Source of the DNA: Carpediemonas membranifera BICM
Lineage: Eukaryota > Protista > Fornicata
Length of the DNA: 64,000 nucleotides
Assembly (NCBI GenBank): GCA_019828565.1
Contig: JAHDYR010000038.1
Coordinates: 875,781-939,780, forward strand
Direction of reading: 5' to 3'
This document shows positions 43,826-52,492 of this stretch, one piece after another. The notes under the pieces were generated by a model, which saw nothing but the letters and a program-made list of their open reading frames with translations, searched no databases and was not told where the DNA came from. The position numbers and the translations under genes were made by a program. Position 1 is the stretch's first letter, and each line of letters starts with the position of its first letter.

Positions 43826-45217
43826 GATTTCTGAAAGCACTGGCTTGATACTGTGCATCCGTCATGAGGCCGCAATCCAAGATGTTCTGTGCAGCAGTCT
43901 TGTCTCTGTGGGAGAGATTGAGCCAAGTGGATGTAGTAGGATCGGAATTGAGGCGTTGCTGTCTGTACCATGGAGCACCTTGACAATTCGGGTTGTGGCA
44001 TCGCATCGTGCGCCTCGTGTAGCGAGTTCTACGGAACCTCGCGCGGCAGAAGGGGCAGACGAGTGAGGTTCGGAACTCGTTAGTCATCCGCACTTCAGCA
44101 GTGATGTTGAAAGCTCTCATGATGTGTGCTAGTAAGGTAGCAAAGCGACCATGCGGCGCGCATGGATGCACCCGACGGGGCGTCTTGAATCTAGCGCTTC
44201 CGTAGAAGACAACCAGCCTGGTGGGGGCTGCCCGGGGAGGAGCAATACCGCGAGGGAGTCGCCGAGGAGTCCATCCTAGGGTGCGAGCAAGCTGCTCCCC
44301 AGCTCTGTGGAAGTGCTTTTGACGCAAGATGTGGTTCGTCAGGCGCACTCTGCGGAAGCTCTTGACCATCCCAGCGTCGAATATTTCCTGCTCGTGGAGG
44401 AGCACAAACCTAACCGAGTTTTGTAGACTATCTAGATTTGTACTTTTGAATGACGCAGGAGTCATATCGAACGCGAAGCTGGGGGTCTTGGTGTACCCAC
44501 ACTTCGGGACCACACCGGAGGTGATGCCATCTGGGTGGCGGATGAAGAATCCACCCAGAGCCCGAGCACCCGGGTCGAACCCATGAGGTGGGCATCGGGG
44601 TCTGGCGCGGGGCGAGCATCCGCGTCATCCACACCCAGACGCTCCCGAGCCTTTCGCTTCATCGTCGGGTTGCCACTGGCACGTCTGCTGACGTATGGCA
44701 GAGCACCAACTTGGACCGTGAGGTCCACGGCGACCCCATCTGTCTTGACAGACAGCACCCGACGGATGTTCGGAGGAAGAGCCTCCAGCTGCTCTCGCGT
44801 CATGCGCTCAGTGGCGTGATGCTCCGGGTCGACCCCAAGTTGGGCAAGCCAAGCCGGGTTCAGCACGTTGAGAGAACAGGGAACGTGCATGAACCCGGGG
44901 CGGATCGGAGCCATCGGGACAAGCGGAACAAGCTTGGGGCCAGCCAGCGGCTTGTCACCCGGAAGAGGTGGATGGGCGGTGTTGAATGCCGCAACCATAT
45001 CCGTGAGCTCTCCCAGAGCCGCGGAGATCCGCCAGACGCAGGGCAGCGTGAGTAGAACGCCCTCGTCGACTCGTCCCGGAGTTGAGATCTTTGCCTTCGT
45101 GAACGAGCAGAGCTTGTTCTCCAATCCGGCGTAGAAGTCCGCGATGAAAGGAATCACGTTTCTACGGTTATGGAGAATGGAGGATATGGAGAACTTGACC
45201 GTATAGATGCTGGTCAT
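43743..45217 (-). CDS. Fanzor (TnpB-family RNA-guided nuclease), about 491 aa after restoring one G near 44580
   Basis: RuvC-I GFDPG. RuvC-II has Gly in VVFYGS and a relocated Glu in TNEFRTS. Zn finger CPFC...CHNPNC, RuvC-III HRDKTAAQNI. No transposase or RT in the element. Confidence 0.88.
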
Positions 45218-45710
45218 GTGAAGCTCTGCGTTTTGCGGTGAATGAACCGATCACTAACAACACACATCAAAGACGACAGACGTTTAATGAACGAGACTAT
45301 GCAGTGATAATGGCGAGAATTAGAAGAACTGAAGTGTTTTATCTTCAGGCAGCGGCATAGAAGAGCCCGCTGTGCGATGGAAGGCCATGGTGATGATTGC
45401 AAAGACGTCATGATCAAGACCCCGAAATCCGACAAGCAGAAGAGAGCGGATGGAAGTAAGATGGGGTAGACGATAGGTGGGAAGCTAGTTGCTTGGCGAG
45501 AGGACTGGAGAAGCACTGATTGATGACCCCCGACGATGATGACTGACTATCGAAATATCACTCTCAAGAAGAAGGAAGGGAGAGCGGGAAGGGGTAATGA
45601 AGTATCATAGAGTGCACAGTGCAAGCAGTAAAACAGACTCTCAATCGTCTGTAGCAGACTTCAGAGTCGTTCTTCGCAGGATAAGGTCAAGTGCGCAAAA
45701 TCGAGAACTC

Positions 45711-46583
45711 ATGTTTGAAGCTCTCCTTGAAGAAGCCGGTGTTCTTAAGCGCATTCTTGATGCTGTGAAAGAACTTGTGAACCAAGCAAATGTCTCTTTC
45801 TCGCCTACGGGCATCACAATCCACAGCATGGACAGTTCATGCGTAGCGTTGCTCCACCTTGTCCTATGTGATGATGGTTTCCAGCACTTTAGATGCGACG
45901 CCTCCACCGTGGTTGGCATCAACTTTGTAACAATGTCCAAGATTCTCAAAGGCGCCCGCAACGACGACAGCGTCACCATCCGGAAGAAGGACGAGGACGA
46001 CTTCCTCACCCTCATCCTCGAGTCCAAGGACGGCAAGGACGTCGTCTCCTTCGAAATGAAGGAGATGGACATCGACGCCGAGTCCCTTGGCGTGCCCGAG
46101 ACTGAGTACGAGGTCACCGTCTCTATGGACTCCGCCTCCTTCCAGAACAAGATGCGCTACCTCGCACAGTTCGGCGACGCCGTTACCATTGAGGCCGAGC
46201 CGTCCTGCGTGAAGTTCAGCGTGAACGGCGAGCAGGCCTCCGGGTCGATCTCGCTCCGGTCCTCCTCCTCAGGTGACGAGGACGACGGGCTCGACGAGGG
46301 TGTCAAGATCAACCGCAAGAACGACGTTTCGCTGTCGTTTGCCCTCCGGTACTTGCAGACGTTCACCAAGGCGACGACGCTCTCGAACCGTGTCCGCCTG
46401 TCCCTCTCGAACGCCGTGCCCCTCTCCGTGAGCTACGATATTGAGGGCCTCGGCTTCATCACATACTATCTCGCGCCCAAGATTGACGACGATGAAGATG
46501 ATGAGGAGGACGAAGACGAGGAGGTTGAGGAGAACGCCGAGGAGCAGGACGTCAAGGAGGAGGACGAGGAAGAAGACTACTAA
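45711..46583 (+). CDS. PCNA: Proliferating cell nuclear antigen with acidic C-terminal tail
   Basis: MFEALL...SMDSSCVAL...FALRYL..FTKAT.LS...YYLAPKI followed by about 30 mostly D/E residues. Confidence 0.97.
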   Translation: MFEALLEEAGVLKRILDAVKELVNQANVSFSPTGITIHSMDSSCVALLHLVLCDDGFQHFRCDASTVVGINFVTMSKILKGARNDDSVTIRKKDEDDFLTLILESKDGKDVVSFEMKEMDIDAESLGVPETEYEVTVSMDSASFQNKMRYLAQFGDAVTIEAEPSCVKFSVNGEQASGSISLRSSSSGDEDDGLDEGVKINRKNDVSLSFALRYLQTFTKATTLSNRVRLSLSNAVPLSVSYDIEGLGFITYYLAPKIDDDEDDEEDEDEEVEENAEEQDVKEEDEEEDY

Positions 46584-46678
46584 GCGATAAAAACTGCAGA
46601 ATCGGGTCGGGTCGTGACATTTACATTGTTAATGGTACGAATGTATTGCTCTCTACTCCAGCAGTAGCAAGCGATCAG

Positions 46679-47146
46679 ATGCTGTTTCGACGCAAAACTA
46701 TCGTTCCAGAGGAAGTGAAGAACCCAAGATACAGGCATTTGCCATCTACACATGCTGACGGCACAAACGACATGATGACGAAGTGGGTAGGCCGTTTCTT
46801 CCTCTCCATGGAGGAACGACGCCGTGCGGTGATTGGAAGGTATCCAATGTTCGACAGACCGCATACTATCACCTTTGTGGAAGCGCTTACACCCTATCTC
46901 GGCGCATCCTTCCTATTTGGCACCGTTGTCGGCGGTTCATTCGGGGCCACGGTTGCAGCCTCGAACAGCCGGCTTTACCCCAACTGGCGAACCCGCGTGG
47001 ACGCATCCTTCTTGGCCTTCCTCCGCTACGGCTTCAAGACTGGCCTGTACTGCGTTGCCGCCGCTCCCGTCGTCCTCGGCAGCACAGCTTTGGTGACGAA
47101 GCTCATCCCCACAGAGGGCGAGGAGGCCGGCACTAAGGAGCCCTAG
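46679..47146 (+). CDS. Small membrane protein, possibly Tim17/22/23-like
   Basis: FLFGTVVGGSFG GxxxG helix, then RTRVDASFLAFLRYGFKTG; weak resemblance only. Confidence 0.4.
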   Translation: MLFRRKTIVPEEVKNPRYRHLPSTHADGTNDMMTKWVGRFFLSMEERRRAVIGRYPMFDRPHTITFVEALTPYLGASFLFGTVVGGSFGATVAASNSRLYPNWRTRVDASFLAFLRYGFKTGLYCVAAAPVVLGSTALVTKLIPTEGEEAGTKEP

Positions 47147-47378
47147 TCCGTCTGTTGAATATCAAGGGCCCCTGACACGGTCGGAATAAAGTCAGCCGGC
47201 CACAGCCGCGATGCTGGTGGATACGTGCAGTGTTATATTGAGCCGCCAGTAGCTCCATCCAGGCGAGAGCGAGAACTTAAATCGACAGCGAGGGTCATCA
47301 GAAGATTCGCCGTTGAAAATTTTGGCGTGATGATAAGCAACGAAGGGGTGTCGTTATGCGTCACCAGTACCTCGCTAA

Positions 47379-48109
47379 TGATGGAACGAATGAATGAAGC
47401 CACTCCGCAGAAGAAGAAGCCCTCCACAGCCCCTTCTGGGCGAAAGGTGCAACGAATCCGCCCTACTCCACGAGCTACCCCTGCACCGGACACAAATGCG
47501 ATGCCAAAGACTGTTATACCGCGATCAAAGCCGCTGCCGTCCTTCCTGCACGGCTCCACGGGCACGGTGGCCCACGAGTCCCCAGCCATCCGCCTCCGCC
47601 GGGAACTGCACGCCGACATGGTCTCCAAGCGCATGGAGGCGGCCCGGCTACAGCGGCCAGTGACGGAAATTGCTCAGAACCGTCGCATTGACGTCGATGT
47701 GATTCAGCGGGCTAGGACGATCGACAGTCAGAGCATCGAGCGGGTCGTCACCTCGAGGGGCGGGCTCCGTTCTCAGCGCACCATGGACCAGATGCGGCCA
47801 ATGGCCAGGAAGAAGGCCGTGGAGAAGCCCCCGGCTCCACCTGTTGCCCCGCCCGAGTTCGTCGAGGAGTCGTGGGTCGCCAGCCCCCTGATGGCCAAGC
47901 AGGCGCGCATAGTGGAGGAGAATCAGACGCCGAGGGATATGCGGGATGTCCGGTCGTTCATGGAGCGGCGGTTTAAGGTCAGCCGCATGAAGGACAGCGA
48001 GGCGATGGCCCGTGACCAGCTCGGGCGACCCCTCAGCGCCATCAGCGGGCTGCTCGCCCTGGAGACCGTGAAGATGGCGGAGGAGATCAATGCAAAGGCC
48101 GGGATGTGA
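47379..48109 (+). CDS. Hypothetical basic protein
   Basis: Open frame with host codon bias; start uncertain. Confidence 0.6.
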
Positions 48110-48309
48110 GGTCCGGCCCACTGTGCTATAGTAAACGCGTCGGGCATCCTCGCGCAGCTTTGTGTTTCGATGGCCGCGGTTGGTTGGTTGAGAATCTGTG
48201 ATGATCGTCTATAACGTTCTATTCCAGGTCATGTCGCTTTTAATTGTCTCACTGATCATATGGGACCTGTTTGTTCGCCTATCGTCTCTTATTCAGCATC
48301 AGCAAGTGC

Positions 48310-48780
48310 ATGAAAGCTAACCCCGCTCCTAATAGCCCCACAGACGAGACAAAACCACCGATCGAGCGTCCTGTCACGCAGGAGGAGTTCACTGACAACA
48401 TGAGTGACTTCTTCTCCGCCCGCCTGGCCCAGCTGGGCAGCAGGCGGATGGCCCGGCAGACCCTGCTGGCCGACGCCCAGGCCAGCCACCCCCACGGCGC
48501 CCACAGCACAGAGGACACCATGACAGTGAGCCCGGCGATGATGCAGCAGGTCATGGCAGACATCAAGGCGGACAACGCGTTCCTGCAAAGGGCCGTGGAG
48601 AAGCTGGAGGAGGACGACGAGGAGGCGAAGAAGGGCCTGTTCCCGCCGCTGACGATGGAGTTCTTCAAGAGAAGGCTTGATGCGCAGGACGCCATCAAGG
48701 CGCGAGAGCGACGCATGAAAGAGGTCGAGCAAACGGGGAAGAAGGGGGGCATGGCGACCGGGGAGAAGAAGGAGGACTGA
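48310..48780 (+). CDS. Hypothetical protein
   Basis: Open frame with host codon bias. Confidence 0.6.
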   Translation: MKANPAPNSPTDETKPPIERPVTQEEFTDNMSDFFSARLAQLGSRRMARQTLLADAQASHPHGAHSTEDTMTVSPAMMQQVMADIKADNAFLQRAVEKLEEDDEEAKKGLFPPLTMEFFKRRLDAQDAIKARERRMKEVEQTGKKGGMATGEKKED

Positions 48781-48827
48781 GTGATTGGCCCAAAGACCTG
48801 CCTCAGAACCATGGCACCGCGTGATTT

Positions 48828-50042
48828 ATGTTACCCCGCCGTAAATGGACAGAAGCAACGATGAGCGAACCTGAAACAAGCGATCCCGTGAGGAATGTGC
48901 TCAATATGATCAATGAGTATGAATCTGTATGCTCAGAGATCCGCAAGAAGGAGATGGCGATCCACGCAGCCCGCCGGTGCGTCGCAAAACTCAAGGCCCA
49001 GCGAGATCACCCCGACAAGGCTGTCTGGGAAGCGATAACAAGGAATACAGTGGCGGAGTACGTTGAAAGAGACATCTCCAAGCGCCGAGACCAGGAGCGC
49101 GCGCTAGTGTCCCGTTTGGTGGCCGACAACCAGACCTCGCTCGCCCCCTCGGTCGCCTTCGAGACACACACAGCAGGATCCAGCGCCACACACACTTCGA
49201 CCCCGGTGATGCGGATCAACGTGGTCGGTACGGCCCACACGGGCTTCCACAAGCGGTTTGAGGCGCCCCGCCAACCGTTCCTCGGCAACGCAGCCGAGGC
49301 CGAGGGCCACCTCACACTCACTGCACCCAGCCTGATCCCCCGCGATCTCAAGCCGGACGACCACCTGTGGATCCTGTTCTGGTTCGACCGGAACGCCCAC
49401 TTCCGCCTGGCGGTGCTTCCCCCACGGGCCACAACCAGACACGGAATGTTCGCGACCCGGACGCCTCATAGGCCCAACCCCGTCGGCCTGACACTGGTGC
49501 GGGTGGGAGACATCGACCGGGAGGCGGGTGTAATCTCAACTATCGGGGCCGATCTCCTCGATTGCACCCCGATCCTGGGGATACGGCGATACGACCCAAC
49601 GATGGACGACCTGTCTTCCCGGCCCATGGGGTGGCTGAGCGACCAGACCCTCCCCCTGCACTACGACGAGGTCAAACGGGACGTCCCCGACCTGCTCCGG
49701 CCCCGGGAGGTCCGCGGCATGGATGACCCCCCGATCGTGGCCAGGCTGGCCGCAGTACAGGCCATACACAGCTCGCTGGACGTGACGGCGTTGGTCCGGG
49801 CCCATCTGGGCCGGTATGCAGACGTCACACACACCCGCCGGGTCGGGGCGAAGAAGGAGGACTCGCGGTTCCCCGGGCGCCTGACCATGGCGGTCGGGTC
49901 CTTCCGGGTGGTCTATCGCGTGGGGGAGGCCGAGGTGTTGGTGGAGGACGTCGTGTCCTCGTTACCCGCCCACGTCGACCAGGCCGAGCCCGAGGCCGCC
50001 GCTCATGCACGGTTTACCGCGCAGTTCCAGCCGCTGGTATGA
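48828..50042 (+). CDS. trmO: TsaA/TrmO (YaeB)-like tRNA m6t6A37 methyltransferase with N-terminal coiled coil
   Basis: RFEAPRQP, HLWILFWFD, GMFATRTPHRPNPVGLT, GADLLDCTPIL. Confidence 0.88.
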   Translation: MLPRRKWTEATMSEPETSDPVRNVLNMINEYESVCSEIRKKEMAIHAARRCVAKLKAQRDHPDKAVWEAITRNTVAEYVERDISKRRDQERALVSRLVADNQTSLAPSVAFETHTAGSSATHTSTPVMRINVVGTAHTGFHKRFEAPRQPFLGNAAEAEGHLTLTAPSLIPRDLKPDDHLWILFWFDRNAHFRLAVLPPRATTRHGMFATRTPHRPNPVGLTLVRVGDIDREAGVISTIGADLLDCTPILGIRRYDPTMDDLSSRPMGWLSDQTLPLHYDEVKRDVPDLLRPREVRGMDDPPIVARLAAVQAIHSSLDVTALVRAHLGRYADVTHTRRVGAKKEDSRFPGRLTMAVGSFRVVYRVGEAEVLVEDVVSSLPAHVDQAEPEAAAHARFTAQFQPLV

Positions 50043-50532
50043 GCGCGGTGTAGTAGCAGTAAAGCCATCCCCCGGAAGCGCCGTGATGATGGCTCCAACT
50101 CGGCATAATATAACAGTAACCAATCTGGCGGCTTGCTCGGCCGGGCTGAGGAGAGTGGAGAGGTATGACTTGTGATGTACTAGGACCGTGAATTTACGAA
50201 AATCCCCCAAGAGATGGACACGATGGACAAGGGTCAAGGAAGATTATGTAAGCTGAATGGACATAAAACTCACACATGTTGGCCGCATGGGCGGTACCTC
50301 GGTAAAACGCAGGTTAGCCGCTCAGCTCCTGTGCTATTGAAGGGTCGAACAATGTGTTTACACTGCGCAACACTGCCCTGTCTCCCTCCTACTCACGTCT
50401 TAAGTCGGTAGGGAGATCGTCTTCTCCAAGGCTTCCACAAAGCGTCTTCTTCGTGGACGTCAGCACAGCTGCAAACATCACAATCGCTCACACGTCGTCT
50501 CATTGTCTTCTATTCCACATTAAATTCACTTC

Positions 50533-51560
50533 TTGGACAACCCCAGGTCAATGGGCCGTCTGCTCAGCCTGAGCACCGATGGGGTCTGTGTGGCGGTGAC
50601 GGTTAAGCGAGGCGGCCACTATCGACCACAACATGATGCGAGCATGCCTGTTCGAAAGCGAGCGAGGGGGCGGGAGAAAGAGCGCCCCCGACTCGGGACC
50701 AATAATGCCGAGGCTCCGCCCGCGCCGGATCCTGATGCCCACCTCATGGGGTTCGACCCGGGCGCGAGGTCCATCGAAGGGTATTACATCAGGCACCCCG
50801 ATGGCACCACCAGCTCCGGCGTCCTTCCAAAGTGCGGATACACTAAGACGCCAAGTTTCGGCTTTGATATGACGGCCGCGTCGTTCAAGAGCACAAGACT
50901 AGTGAGTATCAACAACTCTATTAGGTTTGTGCTGGACAACGCGAACGACATTTTCGAGGCTGGAATGCGTAAGTCTTTCCGCCGAGTGCGCTTTGCGAAC
51001 CACATCCTTCGCCAGAAGCACTTCGCCCGCTGCGGCCAACAGTTGGCTCGGGAGTTCGGTCGCCACCATCCCGTCGCCACCCCCATTCGCCTGAAAGTCT
51101 TCTATGGGAGCTCGGGATTCAGTCCACGCCTGCTGGTATGTTCATTCCTTGCGCGCCATATCGAAAGTTCGCGAGAGAGATAGTTCCCCTTCCCAAGAGG
51201 TATAACATTGTCGTCGATCTTAACATGGTTAACGAAGATCGCACCACCGTCGTCTGCCCTCACTGCCACGCCCCCTACAAGCGAGTTCGTCCGCGTGATG
51301 ACCAGCACGTTCACCCACATCGTGTGATGCTCTGCGAAAATCCACAGTGCCGTGGTGCTCAGTGGCGCGCAACAGTTCCTGATGCTCTGAATGTTGATCA
51401 TCGGGACAAGAGTGCTGCAGAGAACATCCTGTGGCGTTCTCTTGCCACGGAAGATGAGCTCAGTGGCTCTCCGTTCAGTCGCACATTGATCCCGCGCCTT
51501 CCAACATCATTCCAGTATCATCAATTGGCTAACCGCCAACATTCGTCTACGGACGGATGA
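50533..51560 (+). pseudogene. Fanzor copy 2, N-terminally deleted and frameshifted near 51130
   Basis: STDGV, HLMGFDPGARS, KVFYGSSGF, VNEDRTTVVCPHC...CENPQC...HRDKSAAENIL. Collinear with copy 1 but lacks roughly the first 155 aa. Confidence 0.85.
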
Positions 51561-51575
51561 TGTTGTACAGTTTGG
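51495..51575 (+). ncRNA. Candidate omega-RNA scaffold overlapping the 3' end of Fanzor 2
   Basis: CAACATCAT...[TTGGC-TAACC-GCCAA]...[GTC-TACG-GAC]...ATGATGTTG. Boundaries approximate. Confidence 0.6.
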
Positions 51576-51676
51576 CACTTTGATCGTTCCTTTCAGGCCC
51601 TGTCTTGGAGGTTCGAAAAATGTGTTTATTCTGCGCAACAGCTCCGACCTTACAGCCCGTTTGCCACCCTCGGCTG

Positions 51677-52378
51677 ATGAAGCGAGATACTGGTGAGATG
51701 AAAGACCTTGAAGGGATTGCATATGATCAGCCGCTGGTCCCACCAGTCCGCAGGCCGTATCCCAGCGACATTCCACAGGATGAGCAGAAACCGCCGCGAA
51801 AGATTCCTGAAGCATACTCGAAGCTGCTGAAAAACAAGAATCTGAGCGGCGATAAGTTCGTGCATTCGAACTTCAACCCGGTGTACTCCGATGACGACGA
51901 CTACATGAGCGAGGAGGACTACGAGCAGCCACGGTGGGTGGCCGACAGCGAGCAGCAGACGCTATTGGCCTGCCCCGACCTGTCCCAGGAGCAGAAGCAG
52001 TTCATGATTATGTGGAACGCCTTCATCCGGGAGACGTTCCCGCCCGGCACCGTCATCCTCGAGCACTGGTCGAAGGACGTCTGCATGGACTTCGTGGTGT
52101 ACGCCCACAAGCGGAGGATGTTTACGTCGTCCATCCGGCGTCATCTGGGTATCCACATGCTTCTGCTGCTGAAGGACCACCGCCTCTCGTCCCTCGACGT
52201 CCTGACAGTCTGCCATCTGGCGGACACATTGCTGGGGCACAGGGGGAGCGTGCTGGTGTGCGAGAAGGCGATGAAGCCGTATATTGCTGTCCAGAAGGCC
52301 CGCATAGACAAGCATGACAAGGAGGTGCTTCTGAGGCGCGACAGAAAGGAGCAGAACAAGGGCGGCAAGAAGAAGTAG
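51677..52378 (+). CDS. VEFS-box protein (Su(z)12/PRC2-subunit-like)
   Basis: FVHS...SEEDYEQPRW...DLSQEQKQFMIMWNAFI...CMDFV...RRHLGIHML resembles the VEFS box. Confidence 0.75.
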   Translation: MKRDTGEMKDLEGIAYDQPLVPPVRRPYPSDIPQDEQKPPRKIPEAYSKLLKNKNLSGDKFVHSNFNPVYSDDDDYMSEEDYEQPRWVADSEQQTLLACPDLSQEQKQFMIMWNAFIRETFPPGTVILEHWSKDVCMDFVVYAHKRRMFTSSIRRHLGIHMLLLLKDHRLSSLDVLTVCHLADTLLGHRGSVLVCEKAMKPYIAVQKARIDKHDKEVLLRRDRKEQNKGGKKK

Positions 52379-52492
52379 CGCGGGTGGTGTCATATAGTAA
52401 ACTTACAGCCGGGGTGGAGTGGGGTGAGTCATTTATGTCCGTACATGCGATATGTTTCGGGCCGATCATCAGCTAATTCCAACACCTGTACG

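Larger units (their letters stand above)
43698..45635. mobile_element. Fanzor-carrying mini-LTR element 1 (retro-sense = plus, Fanzor = minus)
   Basis: Perfect 30-bp TG...CA direct repeat TGAAGTATCATAGAGTGCACAGTGCAAGCA at 43698-43727 and 45598-45627; the right copy extends GTAAAACA to 45635. A 32-nt purine tract (45566-45597) abuts the right repeat. Flanks are GAGTC/GACTC, then TCAAT/TCAAT. Confidence 0.8.
50330..51640. mobile_element. Fanzor-carrying mini-LTR element 2 (retro-sense = minus, Fanzor = plus)
   Basis: TSD GCTCC at 50325-50329 and 51641-51645. Imperfect TG...CA direct repeats at 50330-50372 (43 bp) and 51601-51640 (40 bp). Purine tract on the minus strand at 50373-50390. 50330-50361 matches the Gypsy 2 LTR end at 31/32. 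Confidence 0.85.

Noticed and set aside
43693-45640. IS200/IS605 or IS607 bacterial insertion sequence or contamination
   Set aside because: No Y1 or serine transposase; the locus is embedded between eukaryotic SEC24 and PCNA; the ends are LTR-like.
51138-51170. GTATGT...AG as an intron explaining the Fanzor 2 frame break
   Set aside because: The segment encodes MFIPCAPYRKFA, homologous to RVHPCAPHGRFA in copy 1, so it is coding and the break is a frameshift.
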